Source: Felis catus
Taxonomy: Eukaryota
Assembly (NCBI RefSeq): GCF_018350175.1
Contig: NC_058368.1
Span: 31,188,001 to 31,252,000, forward strand
Direction: 5' to 3'
DNA: 64,000 nucleotides
Positions 1-13,882 of the stretch are shown here, one piece after another. The notes under the pieces are model-generated. The model did not search any database. It saw only the letters and a list, made by a program, of their open reading frames with translations, and was not told the DNA's origin. Position numbers and translations under genes: made by a program. The stretch's first letter is position 1. Each line of letters begins with the position of its first letter.

Positions 1-359
1 ATATATTTAGACCAGATTTGAATCTTTAACAGACCCTCAATGTAGAAGATAAAATAATACATGCTTTAGGAAAAAGAAATTTAAACTTTGAAGAGTGGAG
101 TGAAATGCAAGAAGTAGTGATGAAAGTAGTGACTTGGGTAAATTTAAATAAGCATTGGCTAAAAATATGGTAGTAATTATAATAGAAAATGTTTGAAATA
201 AAAGGTAGAAATATTGTATTGAGTTAACATTGGAAAAAGAGAGCATCCTTTTATTGATTAAATTTGACTATATAAAATTAAGTAGTGATAGTAAAATTTT
301 AAGTGTAATTGTCAAAAGAACAAGAATATAATATGTAGCTTTCAAGCTAGATGTAGAAT

Positions 360-706
360 AACAGATTTTAGAAACCTTATTATCCACGTAGGCCCAATGT
401 AATTGCATGAGCCCTTAAGTGCAGACACCCAAACAGGTTGTACAGAAACCAAAATGGCAGTATAAAGACGACTTAACCCTCTATCACTATCATGTGCCAA
501 GGAATGCAATTTGCTCCTGGAAACTGGAAATGACAATCAAATGCAGAATGCTCAGAAAGGAATGTGGCCCTGCTCAGACCTTGATTTTAGTCCAGGAGAA
601 CCTCTCCAGGACTTCAGACCTCAAGGACTGTAAAATAATAAAATTGGCTGCTTTAAGCTACTAAATTTGTGGCGATTTGGTATAGTATCAATAGAAAACT
701 AATACA
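360..706 (+). mobile_element. MaLR solo LTR (MLT1-type), decayed
   Basis: Typical MLT1 motifs: 'ggcccaatgtaattgcatgagccctt', 'gccaaggaatgc', 'accttgattttag' and the 3' terminus 'tttaagctactaaatttgtgg...gaaaactaataca'. 5' boundary approximate. Confidence 0.75.
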
Positions 707-712
707 ATGATG

Positions 713-3700
713 GGACAGTACCCTTTATTATTATATGGTGTCCTTTTTTTTGTCTCCTGTTACAGTCTTTGTTTTAAACTCTGTCCATTATAAGTATTGC
801 TACCCCAGCTTTCTTTTGACATTAATTTACATGATAAATGTTTCTCTGTCCCCTCACTTTCAATCTTCTGGTGTCTTTCCATCTGAAATGAGCCTTTCTC
901 TTGTAGGCAGCATATGGGTCTTGTTTTTGGTTTTGTTTTATATACTTTGTGACCCCTGTGACACCACCCTGTGGTTTTTGAGCATTTAGTACATTTAAAT
1001 TCAACGTAATTATTGATAGATATGTATTTATTTGCCATTTAGTTATTTGTCTTGCTGTTGTTTCTATAAATTTTCACTGATCCTCTTGCTCTCTTTCATG
1101 GTTTGTTGGCTTTCTTTAGTGATATACTTGGATTCCTTTCTCTTTATACTTTCCATATCTATTACTGATTTTTGATTTATGGTTACCCCAGGATATAAAA
1201 ATTATCAATATTTATTAATTGTTTTATTTATTTGGGTGCTCCCATGTTGGGTGAATAAACATAAAGGAAATAATCAGTAGTGATACTATATAAGTAGGAA
1301 ACATTAACACTCCACTTACATCAATGGGCAGAACATCAACAAATAGTGGCTTTGAATGACACACTGGACCAGATACCTCTAACACATATATTCAGAACAT
1401 CCCATCCTAAAACAGAACACATACTCTTTTCACATGGGATGTTCTCCAGAATATATCACACATACTGTCTCACATAACAAGTCTAAACAAATTCATTCAG
1501 AATCATATTAGGCATCTTTTCTGACCACAACACAATGAAACTAGAAATCAGCCACAAGAAAAAATCTGGAAAGATCTCAAACACATGGAGGCTAAATAAT
1601 ATGCTACTAAACAATGAAGAGGTTAACCAAGGTCAAAAGAGAAATAAAAAATTACATGGAAACACATGAAAATGAGAACACAATGATCCAAAGTGTTTGG
1701 GATATGGCAAAAATGGAAAGTTATAGCAAAACAAGCCTACCTCAAGAAGCAAGAAAGATCTTATACAACCTAGCCTTATACCAAAAGGATCTAGAAAAAA
1801 ACCAATAAAACTCAAAAGAAAGGAAATAACAAATATTAGAACAGAAATAATTGATATAGAAACTAAAGAACAAAAACAATACAACAGATCAATGAAACCT
1901 GGAGCTGGTTCTTTGAAAAGATCAAAAAAATTGATAAACTTCTGATAAACTTCTAGCCATATTAATAAAAGAGAGAGAGAGAGAGAAAGGAAGAACTCAA
2001 ACAAAAATCCCAAATGAAAGAGGAAAAATAAGAGCCAACACCAATGAAATATAAACATTTGCAACAAAATATTGTGAAAATTTGCCTGCCAACAAATTGG
2101 ACAACTGAAAAGAAATAAATTACTAGAAGCATTCAACTTACCAAAACTAAAGCAGAAATAGAGAATTAGAATAGACTTATTACCAGCAGTGAAATTAAAT
2201 CAATAATAATAAAAAAAATCCCCCACTGCAAAATAAAAGTCCAGGACCAGACAGCTTAACAGGTGAATTCCAAGAAACATTTAAAAAAGAGTTAATATTT
2301 GTCATTCTCAAAACTCTTCCAAAAATTCCAGACAGAAAGAAAGGAAGAAAGAAAAGTTTCCAAATTAATTCTATGAAAGCAGCATTATCCTGACCAAAGC
2401 CAGAGAAAGACACTACAAAAAAAGAGAACTATAGGCAAAGTCTCTTAGGAATATAGATGCAAAAATCCACCAAAATTAAAGTATATTAGATTTTTTTTCA
2501 TGATATTTTAAGTACTTAAAAAATAATTAAGTATACTCCCAGGAGGGGAGGTAGGCAGGGGAATGGGCTAAATCATGATGGGTGTTAAGGAGGGAGGGCT
2601 CTTGAGATGAGCTCTGGATTTTATATTAAGTAAATAATCTCTAAATTCTACTCCTTAAACTAATATTACACTATATGTTAGCTAACTAGAATTTAAATAG
2701 AAACCTGAAACATTAAAAAAAATAGTAAAAAGTAAAAAAAAAAATAAAATCATACACCACAATCAAGTGGGATGTATTCCCAGGATGCAATTGTGGTTCA
2801 ATACTAACAAACAATCAACATGATACATCACATCAATAAGAGAAAAGATAAAAGCCATATAATCATTTCAGTACATGCAGAAAAAGCATTTGACTTAGTA
2901 AAACACCCATCCATGATAAAAACCCTCTGCCATGTAGGTCTAGAGAGAACATACCTCAACCTAATAAAGGCCATATATGAAAAAATCACAGCCAGTATCA
3001 TGTCTATTCTCAAACCACTTTTATTAACAGGGCACTGGAAGTCCTAGTCACAGCAATTAAAGAATATAAGGAAATGTTAACACTTGAATTCCAAGATACA
3101 GTTAAAAAAGAGTTAACATCTATCGTTCTCAAAACTCTTCCAAAAATTACAAGAAAGAAAGAAAGAAACAAAGAAAAGCTTCCACATTCATTCTATGAAA
3201 GCAGCATTATCCTGACCAAAGCCAGACAAAGACACCACAAAAAAAAAAAAAAAAGAGAGAGAACTATAGGCCAAAGGCATCCAAATTGGTAAGGAAAAAA
3301 TAAAACTCTCACTATCTGCAGATGACATGATAATATATGTAGAAAACCCTGAAGACTCCACCAAAAAACTACTAGAACTGAATAATTAATTCAGTGAAGT
3401 CACAGTATACAAAACCACTGTACAGAAATCTGCTGTATTCGTACACATTAATTCTGAAGCATCACAAGGTGAAATTAATAGATGAATCCCATTTATAATT
3501 GTACCAAAAATAGTAAAATACCTAAAAATGTAACCAAAGAAGTGAAAGACCTGTACTCTAAAAACTATAAAACCCTGATGAAAGAAATTCAAGATGACAC
3601 AAACAAATGGAAAGACATTCCATGCTCATTAGTTGGAAGAATGTTATTAAAATGTCCATCATACCCAAAACAATCTACAGATTTAATGCAATCCCTATCA

Positions 3701-5296
3701 AAATACCAAAAGCATTTCTCACAGAACTAGAACAAACAATCCTAAAATTTACAAGGAACCACAAAAGACCCTAAATTGCCAAAGCAATTTTGAAACACAC
3801 ACACACACACACACAAGACTGGAGGTGTCACAATTCCAGACTTCAAGCTATATTATAAAGTGGTAGTAATTAAAACAGTATGGTACCTGACACATAGATG
3901 CATGCCTCAATAAAACAAAAAACCTAGAAATAAAGCCATCATTATATGGCCAATTAACATTCAACAAAGGAGAAATGAGTATAGAATGGGAAAAAGACAG
4001 TCTCTTCAAAAAATGGTGCTGGAAAAATGGAAAAAGTAGACAGCCACATGCAAAAGAATGAAATTGGACCCCTTTCCCAGACCATACACAAAAATAAACT
4101 CAAAATGGATTAAAGAGGTACATATGGGACCTTAAACCCTAAAAATCCTTGAAAAGAGCACAGATAGTAATCTCTCTGACATAGGCCTGAGAAACATTTT
4201 TCTATACATATTCTGTGAGGGAAGGGAAATAAAAGCCAAACACAAACTATTGGGACTACATCAAAATAAAAATTTTCTGCACAGCAAACAATCACCAAAG
4301 CTAAAAGGCAACCTATGCCATCAGAGAAGGCATTTGCAAATGACATATCTTATACAGAGTTAGTATCCAAATTATAAAGAACTGACACAATTCAATACCC
4401 AAAAAACAAATACTCCAATTAAAAAATGGTCAGAAGACATGAGAAACATTTCTCCAAAGACATACAGATGGCCAACACACACATAAAAAGATGCTCAGCA
4501 TCATTCATCCTCAGGGAAATGCAAATCAAAACTACAATGAGATATCAACTTCACACCTTTTGAAATGGCTAAAATCAAAAACATAAGGAACAAGTATTGG
4601 CATGTGTAGAAAAAGGAACATTCTTGCACTGTTGGTGGTACAAGCTGATGCAGCAACTGTGCAAAACAGTATGGATGTTCCTCAAAAAATTAAAAATAGA
4701 ACTACCCTGTGATCCACAAGTCACAACACTGGTTGTTTAGCCTAAAAATACAAAAACACCAATTCAAAGGGATACATGCACCCCTATGTTTATTGCAACA
4801 TTAATTACAATAGCCATAGTATGAATGTGTAAGGAAGATGTGAGGTACACACACACACACACACATATATACATACATATATATGCATATACATATATAT
4901 ACACACATATATATTTGCTTTTATTGTGTATGTATATATATATATATATACACACACACATACACGCAATATTCTATATACAATAGAATATTATTCAGCC
5001 ATAAAAAGGAATGAAATCTTGCCATTTGCAACAATGTGGATAGAGCTAGAGTGTATAATGCTAAGTGAAATGTCAAAGACAAATACCATATGATCTCACT
5101 CATATGTGGAACTTTAAGAAATAAAACAAATGAGCAAAGGGGGGAAAAAAAGAAAGACACAAGCCAAGAACACACTCTTAACTATACAGAACAAACTGAT
5201 GTTTTTCAGAGGGGAGGTAGGTAGGAGGATTGGGGAAATAGGGAATGGGAATTAAAGAGTACACTTAATATGATGAAAAAAATGAAATAAAAAGAG
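713..5296 (+). mobile_element. LINE-1 copy A: 5'-truncated, 5'-inverted carnivore L1 (ORF2 + 3' UTR), decayed
   Basis: 713-1188 is the inter-ORF region and ORF2 start on the minus strand. 1189-5296 is ORF2 (EN/RT remnants, e.g. [12 protein letters not shown]) and 3' UTR on the plus strand. TSD aactaatacaatgatg (697-712) / aactaatacagtgatg (5297-5312). Confidence 0.93.
2541..2746 (+). mobile_element. Short L1 3'-UTR fragment nested in L1 copy A
   Basis: G-rich tract, 'aattctactccttaaactaatattacactatatgttagctaactagaatttaaa' and an A-rich tail interrupt ORF2. Confidence 0.75.
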
Positions 5297-6569
5297 AACT
5301 AATACAGTGATGATAAACAAAAATAAATACATGGTAATTGAGTAAATTTCCACCAACAAAACAAGGAACACACATAATTAGAAAATACAATTTTGAAAAA
5401 ATCTATGATTTACAACACTTCCAAGAAATACAAAGTAGGAAGGAATAAATCTAACAAGACATTAGAAGTCTTTGGAGAAACATTGTTTTTAGAATTATAA
5501 TATCTCTTTGGAGAAAACTTGGACAATATATATGTCCACACGTGCTCTAAATCTGAGCACATTTTTCCAAGTGCCTAAGTGGAGATCTGAAGCCTGAATT
5601 AACTCTCTGAAGAGAGGAAGGTGGGGAGAAGTGTTCTTGAAAAGGAAAGATTTTTTATTTTCCAGGAACTGAAAAAAGCATGTTGTTGGTGCTAGAGAGC
5701 AGAGTGGAGAGCCCACACTAAAGCTTAGAAGGGGAACCTTAAGCCAAATTTTACAGACGTTTTATTAGTCCAAGTTTTGAAGTTTATACCTCATCTTTCA
5801 AGCAGTAGAAGGACAAGCAGGTTGAAATAACTGAGTGACCTGGAAAGGTTTGCATGTTTAAAACATCTAGAAGGCTGCTTTGTGGATTGAAAAGGGTGTG
5901 AAAAATAATTGCAGCATAGTCTCTGCCTTTATTCATTCAGTTGATCAGTCAGTCCAGTCTAGACAGTAGACCTGCCTTCCACGATCTTTTGCTGTACTGG
6001 AAAAAGAGACAGACACTGAACAAGTGAGCACAATATATAGCTTTTCAAATGGCAATAAATGCCATGGAAGCAGGGAAGGAGAGTACAAAGTGTAGGGGTC
6101 AGGACAATTAGAAAAGTCCCTGCTGACACTTTGGTAAGGACTGACAGGAGAGAGTGAAAGATGGCTGGGGGTAGAGGATGTTAATTATAGTTCACTTAAT
6201 TTTCAAGCTGAGAAATACTAGAATACACTGTACTTCAAAGAGCCCTGTGTCTCTGGGTAGCAGTAAGTAGTGGTTTCAGATATCCACTTCTTTTTGGAAC
6301 TCTCTGCACTTTCCACTTCTAGCTCTTAAGAAGCTTCTGGTTCTCTTTCACCAAAAGAACTTTGCTTCCTCCCTTATTGTTCTCTAATGACTGTGATGTC
6401 AAGGATTATAGGGTGGACTTTTTGCATCACCAGACCCTGCCTACAGGATAAATAAATGACTGTAGAGCTCTGTGGATTGAAAGAAAAACTGTAATCTTAT
6501 TTACACCATTTTAAATAATGTTTGCTTTGAGTAATATATTCCTGAGGTATTTTTCATGCTCCTTTGAAT

Positions 6570-6700
6570 TAATTTGTTCAATATTCATTCAGAAGTTACT
6601 TATTGATCACCTGCAATGTACCAGGCACCAAGACTAGCGTTGGGTTTTCAATGGTGAAGATAACCATGGCCCCTTTGCTGATAAAGCTTCTCAGAATTTA
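6570..6700 (-). mobile_element. LINE-2 3' end relic
   Basis: 'tcattcagaagttacttattgatcacctgcaatgtaccaggcac' resembles the reverse-complemented L2 3' terminus. Confidence 0.55.
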
Positions 6701-8118
6701 ATAAGAAAGGGTACATATCCTTAACAGCTACTGATAATGTGCTTACATTTGGAGAGGAAAGCTATTAAATTAAGGAATGTGTTTTGATTCAGCAAACCAA
6801 TGTGAGTGTTACCTCCTTGACAAGCATTGTGGCTGAAGTAACAGAGATGAATGAGACTCCATTCCTGTCCTAATGGAGTCATAATCTAGCAGAAGATATT
6901 GACTACAGAACTCAAGTAGAATGAATTATACTGTGATTGTGTGACTTGAGTCTGTGGGAACATAGAGAAGTGAGCAATGTTATCTGTTTGAAGCTATGGG
7001 AAAATTCCCATGTTATCTAGGAAAGTTATGTGTTATCTAGGTCTTGAGTCTGGAACTGATTTGCTAAGTAAGATCTCTACAGGACATTCTCAGTGAAAGC
7101 AAATAAATCAAGTCCAGCATGTAGTGATTTTTCAGAATTATTAACCAGCCTTGATATCCATTAAATATTTAAGGAACAGCATCATATCATCTAAATTGTG
7201 TCAAAGCCTAGTTAAGTGGTGAGAGTTGCTATGGGAATGTGACTCCCTTGTAATTGGGATTGCAGGTGAAGCTATTTCTCTATTTTAGTCTCTTTTATAA
7301 AGTGGCCTAAGAGTTATAGTGATCAGCATACAGCTCACAAAAATAATTGCCTCTTTGTAAATTAGCAAAAATAATTTTTGTGTTTTTTAACATCCTTAAA
7401 AACAACTACTCTATTATACCTTTCCATTAATTGCCATGAATTAGTTTAACCCAAAGTCAATTTACACACTCACCCATCCTACCTGTATGGATTCAACATC
7501 AGTCATAATTGTTTTTTATTCCATTTCATGGAGAAATGTAACCTTGTAGAGACCCACCTCCATTATAGTACTGCTCACTCTGTTAAAGTGGGTCATTGGG
7601 CTTATTTATATCTCTGGTACAGAGTGCAAATTGCATGCAAGAATATGTTTATTGATGCAATTTGCATTTTTCTTTGGAGTTCATGATCTTTCATTAAATT
7701 CTCAAAAGGAACCAAAACCTGATAAAGGCTCAAAAAGCACTTGAAATTCTTTTCATGTTTGCTGGTTCTTGGCAAACTTGAAAAGACTCCAATCAAATGT
7801 TTTCATGAAAACAGTAGAAGTTACCTTAAAATATTTTTCATAAATCAAAAAAGAAAAAGTTACTTCTCATGGAACCCACTACAAAACATCCATAATGCCT
7901 GTTCTTTTCAGTGGTCTGTGGATTACTCTAGATTATCAACTGCTAATGTCTGAGATGGAATCCTATTTGTGTAGTGTATCTGGTATTTAGTATAATATAC
8001 GTCACACCTTCATAGATATGGAAAATTTGAGTAAAAAACATAAGTTCCATTCTGTCTTCAATGTTCCTAGCTAAGTGTAAGATGCCATGTAAACCCTAAT
8101 CGTGCTGCCCTGGCATAG

Positions 8119-8341
8119 GTTCCGCCCCCTCCCCCCCCCCCATCAAATTTGTTTATTTTTGGGAGAGAGACACAGAGTGTGAGCAGAGGAGGGGCAGAGA
8201 GAGGGAAACACAGAATCTGAAGCAGGTTCCAGGCTCTGAGCTGTCAGCACAGAGACTGACATGGGGCTTGAACTCACAGACCACGAGATCGTGACCTGTG
8301 CCCAAGTCAGACGGTCAACTGACTGAGCCACCCAGACACTC
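8119..8341 (-). mobile_element. Can-SINE (tRNA-derived carnivore SINE)
   Basis: Reverse-complemented SINE body. TSD ctgccctggcatag (8105-8118) / ctgccttgacatag (8342-8355). Confidence 0.93.
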
Positions 8342-9061
8342 CTGCCTTGACATAGTTTGTTTTATGGTTATATCCATTCTGTGACATGAACTATTAAGGT
8401 CATAATCCCTGGTTACAGTAAATGTTTAAATAATATAAATGTATAAAAACTACTTAACCAAAACAAACAAATTGATGACTAAACCTGCTTTTGTTTACTT
8501 AAAAACAAAATATTCAACATATTTCACCTTCAGGTATTCTAATTATTTGTAACTCTATTTTCATCATTCATGACTCATTTTGTTGTCCTTTAATATTATA
8601 AAGTTGCCAGTGGGGAGTCTAAGCTGAAATGCCTGCCACAGGAGGATAGGACTACATTTTAATGAAATCAGCAGAAGTAAGTCTCAGTGCATTTTTATCA
8701 TAATTTAAGGCCTAGTTGAAGCATGATAAATGATCCTTGTCTCTGATCATTATGCTACCTGAACAGCGATATGTCATTCATGTCTTCCCATTGTACTTTT
8801 GGAACTGCCACAGGGGTAGCAAATGTACAATAAATATATCACTTGATTAAATTTATATTTCAGAAAAATTCAATGTGTTAGAAAAATAGGAGTACTAAAC
8901 TTAAATATAGTTGAGAATACCAGAGTGAAAGAGATTTTACTGACCACCCTTGGCTCCATCACTTATCTTATGGCTCAGAAACAGAGATTCAAGTATGTTG
9001 AATATTTTCCCCAAGATGATAACCAGTTACTATTTGATCTAGAACTAGAACACAGGTTGTT

Positions 9062-9770
9062 CACTCATATAGTCAACCCATAAGCATTTATTGAGTGATT
9101 GCAATGTTCTAGGCACCATATACTGAGTATATATACTCAATATACCATATACTAAGTATATATTGAGTTAAAAGACAAATTATGCTCTGTAAGTCTTTGG
9201 GTCAAATAGGAGTGACCAATATTTTAGGAATAATTTCAATACCGAGTAAATAAGAATACCTCCAAGACACATGGTTCAATTAAGGCCATAGAAAATTCAA
9301 AAAGGTCATTTTCATGAAATCAAGGAAGGGTTCATACAAAGGAAATGGGTTGAAAGACAAGTAAATGTAATCTAAAAGAGGAAAGGGCTGAAGGAACTAC
9401 ATTCTGACCATGACAGAACTTGTAATTCAACTAAGGAGTATGTACTTGAAAATAAAGGAAAGTCACTGAAGTGTTTTAAGCAGGGAATAAATACAGTAAT
9501 GAAGTAATACATCTTCTGTGTACAGAAATATTTCTGGTTGCAGTATGGAGGTTGGATTGGAACGAGAAGGGGCGTGAAGGCAGAGTCACCATTGAGATGC
9601 TTTTGAAGGTATTTAGGCAAGAAATGATGAGTAGCTGGGAATGTAAGGGTGATAAATGAGTATATACCATGAGTAAGACTAAGGATATGAAAAGCATAGA
9701 AAAACAGGCAAAATTTTCTTCCAGATTGTTGGCTTGGAAAACTGAGTAAACAGTGGGTCTACTTGAGGCA
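9062..9770 (-). mobile_element. LINE-2 relic (fragmented)
   Basis: 'taagcatttattgagtgattgcaatgttctaggcac' plus purine-rich L2-like segments such as 'gtcactgaagtgttttaagcaggg'. Confidence 0.55.
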
Positions 9771-10304
9771 GACTTCCAGAATTCCATGTGTTTTGCTAAC
9801 AGGATTATACCAGCAATTCACTAACTGGGACATAGATGCCCTTGCAAGTGTGCCAGGGCAAAGGAAAATCTTTAGGATAAAAATGACACTCTGGCTAGGC
9901 CACCGGTTTTATTCAGTTATAAATAATTTAGAGCATTATTTTTATACTAACATAAACTCATATATGTATGAATTACAATGTCTTTATCATAAGAAACAAA
10001 ACTTCAAAGAATTTTGTAATTTGAGATATGTGACTTAAAGCAATGTATCCCACAGATTTAGTTATTGAAATTTCTCTTTCATTTGGGTCCTTTAGTAGAA
10101 TATGTGAGAAAAACTTAAAACACAAAGGTTAATTCATCCTGGTTGCTGAGAAATGTGGTTGTTCTGTGTGATTCTTGCTGTTTTTAACATTATTTGCAAT
10201 GCTGCACAAAGTCATTTATCTGTTTTTTGTTTTAAAGTGAGAAAAGGCTTTCTTACAGGATTTTTGTGTTGCCATAAAATGTAAAGAACATCTAGCTAAT
10301 CATT

Positions 10305-10502
10305 GATTTTTTTTTCATGTTTCTTATTTATTATTTATTTTGAGAGAGAGCACAAGTGGAGGAAGGAGAGAGAGAATTCCAAGCAAGCTCCACACTGTCA
10401 GCACAGAGCCCAACATGGGGCTCAATCCCATGAACTGTGAGATCATGACCTAAGCCAAAATCAAGTCATTTGCTTTAACCGACTGAGTCACCCAGGCACC
10501 CC
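10305..10502 (-). mobile_element. Can-SINE
   Basis: T-rich tail, (GA)n, and body ending 'gactgagtcacccaggcacccc'. Flanks tgattttttt / tgatattttt. Confidence 0.92.
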
Positions 10503-11182
10503 TGATATTTTTTGGTTGTTGTTGGTGTAAGTATATCCTGAAATATAAAATCCAAATTTAACTGTTATCCTGTATTTTTGTTACAGTGGATGACCCATTT
10601 GTTGTTGAAAGCTATTCCCTATTTATAGACTGAGATTTTGTGGTGTTTTAAAACATCTTGTTTGTTTAAACTTAAGCTACCATTTCTTTTTACAAAATTT
10701 CAATGAACTACTGTTTAAAATCCCATTAAAATATATTATTTATTCTATATAAGTACCTGGTACAATTTTTTTTTACAACAATTAGTGTTTACATTAACTT
10801 CCCAAATTAAGGTAACTTTGTCTTCATTTTAAATGAATTGAGATAAACTAACTTTTATTTAATTACTTTTTAGCCCATGTTCTCTCAGGATTTCTAAAGG
10901 AAATTCACGCGATCTACGCATTCAACTTTGATGGTCTGACCCTTAAGTGTAATTCCTACTTTATTTTTCTGACACCCCAATTATTTGATACAATCAAATC
11001 TAGTGTTTCTAAGAGTAACAGTAGGACTGCTACTACTCTAAAACTCTAGTAGTAACTAAATAACCATCTAAAGATATTGATGTGCTACCTTAGATACTTT
11101 GTCCCAATAGTAGATGAAGTACTACCTGTAATAATTAGCTGAAAGTAAGTATAGACAAACAATATTCTGATAATTTATAGCT

Positions 11183-11191
11183 GATGTTGTG

Positions 11192-11244
<53 letters not shown>
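11183..11244. repeat. (TA)n followed by poly-T
   Basis: Directly visible. Confidence 0.95.
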
Positions 11245-13882
11245 AAATAAGATTTACTAGATTCTAGGAAATTTGTTGGAGTAGGAGCAACCGTAACTCA
11301 AATTGTCCCGTGAATACAACTAGAAAACACCACATCAATGTAAGTAATACAGAAAATGAGCCAAAGTCTGACAGAACAGAGTCTCCACTGCTAAAGGTAG
11401 GGAAGTGGCCACACTGAAAATGATAGGATGGATAGAAACATAGTCATGAACCAGGTCAGACCTGTGAGACTATCTGCAGGAGGGAGGGCCATTGCAGGCA
11501 TGGAGAATGAATGAGAAGCAGACCCCACACCAGTCACAGGACACCCACACTGGGAGATGAATTCCCATAACATTTGGATTTGTAACCCAGAGGGATTTAA
11601 CTTTCCAAATTATTACAATCACTAAGACCACCTGGAACTTTGAAAACCAGGGGGGCTCAGCACTGGGAGAGCCTGGAGGGAAAGAAGAAATGGAATCCCA
11701 ACTGTTAGAGACACATCACAACAAACAGGCCTGCTAAGATCCAGCATAGAAGCAGCGCTTTTAAAAAATCTGAGGTATATGGGAAGGAGATGTGTGTATT
11801 AATCTCAGCCTGTGCGGGACAGGCAGGAATCTTTGGGAGATTTCTCCAAAAACAAAAGGGCTGGCAGATGCCATTTCCATCCCCTGTTCCTCAGTCTGGA
11901 TACATGGATACTTATGGGAATAAGCACACCATGCCACTCTCAATAGGTGGCTAAAAGCATGCCCCACCCCACACTCCTCTGTGGACCTAACCCTGCCCAC
12001 AATAAGCAAAGACAGCCATTTGCAGATGACTGGACTGAAGACAAATGTGGCTCAGCCAAACAGTAGGGTGCATGCAACACACATAGCAGACATCCCTGAA
12101 GTACCAGGTCCTGGTAAACAGGGGACATTACACTACAGGGCACCACAAGACCTCTTCTTCATAAAGCCCCTACTTGCAAGAGCAGAAGATGAGCTGACTT
12201 TCCCAACACATAGAAATAGAGACTTAGATAAAATGAAGAGACAGAGGAATATGTCCCAAATGGAAGAACAGGGATAAATCACAACAAGACACCTAAATGA
12301 AAACAGAGATAACTAATGTGCCTGATAGAAAATTTCAAGCAGTGGTCATAAAGAGAGTTACTAGACTTGAGAAAAGAGTGGAGGATTTCAGCAAGACTCT
12401 AAACAAAGAGATAGAAAATATTAAAACAAAAACCAATCAGAGATGAAGAATTCAGTAACTGAAGTTAAAACTACACTAGAGGAATAAAAAATAGACTAGA
12501 AGAAGTAGCAGAACCAAGCAGTGACAAGGAATAGAGAATAACAGAAAGCAATCAAAATGAACAGGACAAAGAAAAATATTAACAATACATGGGACTAGAT
12601 TAAAGGAAATCAGTGCCATCAAGCACATTATCAAGCATAATCACATTCACATTATAGGGATCCCAGAAGAGGAGAAGAAAACTTGTTTGAAAAAAGTAGA
12701 GTTGAACACTTCCTAATCTGGGGATGGAAACAAAACCAGATCCAGGAGGCACTAAGAATCCCCCACAAAATCAACACATACCAAGACACATACCAGCGAA
12801 AATGGCAAAAGGTAGTGGTAAAGAAAGAATTTTAAAAGCGGCGAAAGAAAACAGCTACATGCAAAGGAAACCCCATAAGGCTATAAGCTTTTTTTTTTCC
12901 CCCCACCAGGAAGCTTACAGGCCAGAATAGAGTGGCATGATATATTTAAACTGCTGAAAGGAAAAAACCTGCAGCAAAGAATATTCTATCCAGCAAGACT
13001 ATCATTCACAGTAGAAGGATAGATAAGAGTTTTCCCCACAAAAGTTAAAGGAATTCATGATCATTAAGCTAGCTCTACAGTAAATGTTCATGGAGACTCT
13101 ATGAGTGGAAAAGAAAGATCCTAAGTAGGGGTAAGAAAAGTAGGATAGACAAAAGCACTAAAATTAAGTGTATCCATAAAAATCATTCAAGGGACTCCAA
13201 AATAAAAGGAATTAATAAAATGTTGGGTGGAGGATAATAAAAATTTAATGCTTTTATAATGAATTCAAACTTAAGTAGCCATCAAATTAGTATACATTAT
13301 TATATGCAGAAGATGATATACCCATCATTTGTGGTATCCACAAATCAAAACCAGTATAGATATGCCAAAAATTAAGAGAAAGGAATCCAAGGATATTTCT
13401 AAAGAGAGCCATAAAACAATGAGAGAAGAGGGCAAGAGGAGAAAAGGTTAAGGAGGCATTACAAAAACAACAAGAAACTAAATGCTAATAGATACCTATC
13501 AAGAATTAATCTAAATTTAAATGGACTAAATCCTCCAATCAAAAGACACAGGTGATGGAATGTATAAGGAAACAAGAGCCATCTATATACACCCTATAAG
13601 AGACTAATATCAGATCTAAAGATACAAAATATACTATAAAACAAAGACTGTAAGGGAGACAAAGAAGGACAATATACAATAAGAAAAGGGACAATCCAAC
13701 CACAAAGTATACCAATAACACATATTTATGAATCCAACACATGAGCACCTAAATGCATAAAACAGTTAATAAAAACATAAGTGAACTAACCAATAGTAAC
13801 AAAATAATAGTAGGGGGTGTTAACACCCCACTTACATCAAAGGACAGATCTTTCAAACTGAAAATTAACACGTAATAGAGGC

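Noticed and set aside
10889..10933. Possible 45-nt exon (cag|...FLKEIHAIYAFNFD...|gt) with several CpGs
   Set aside because: Weak donor, no recognisable protein and no partner exons. It would need RNA-seq or conservation data.
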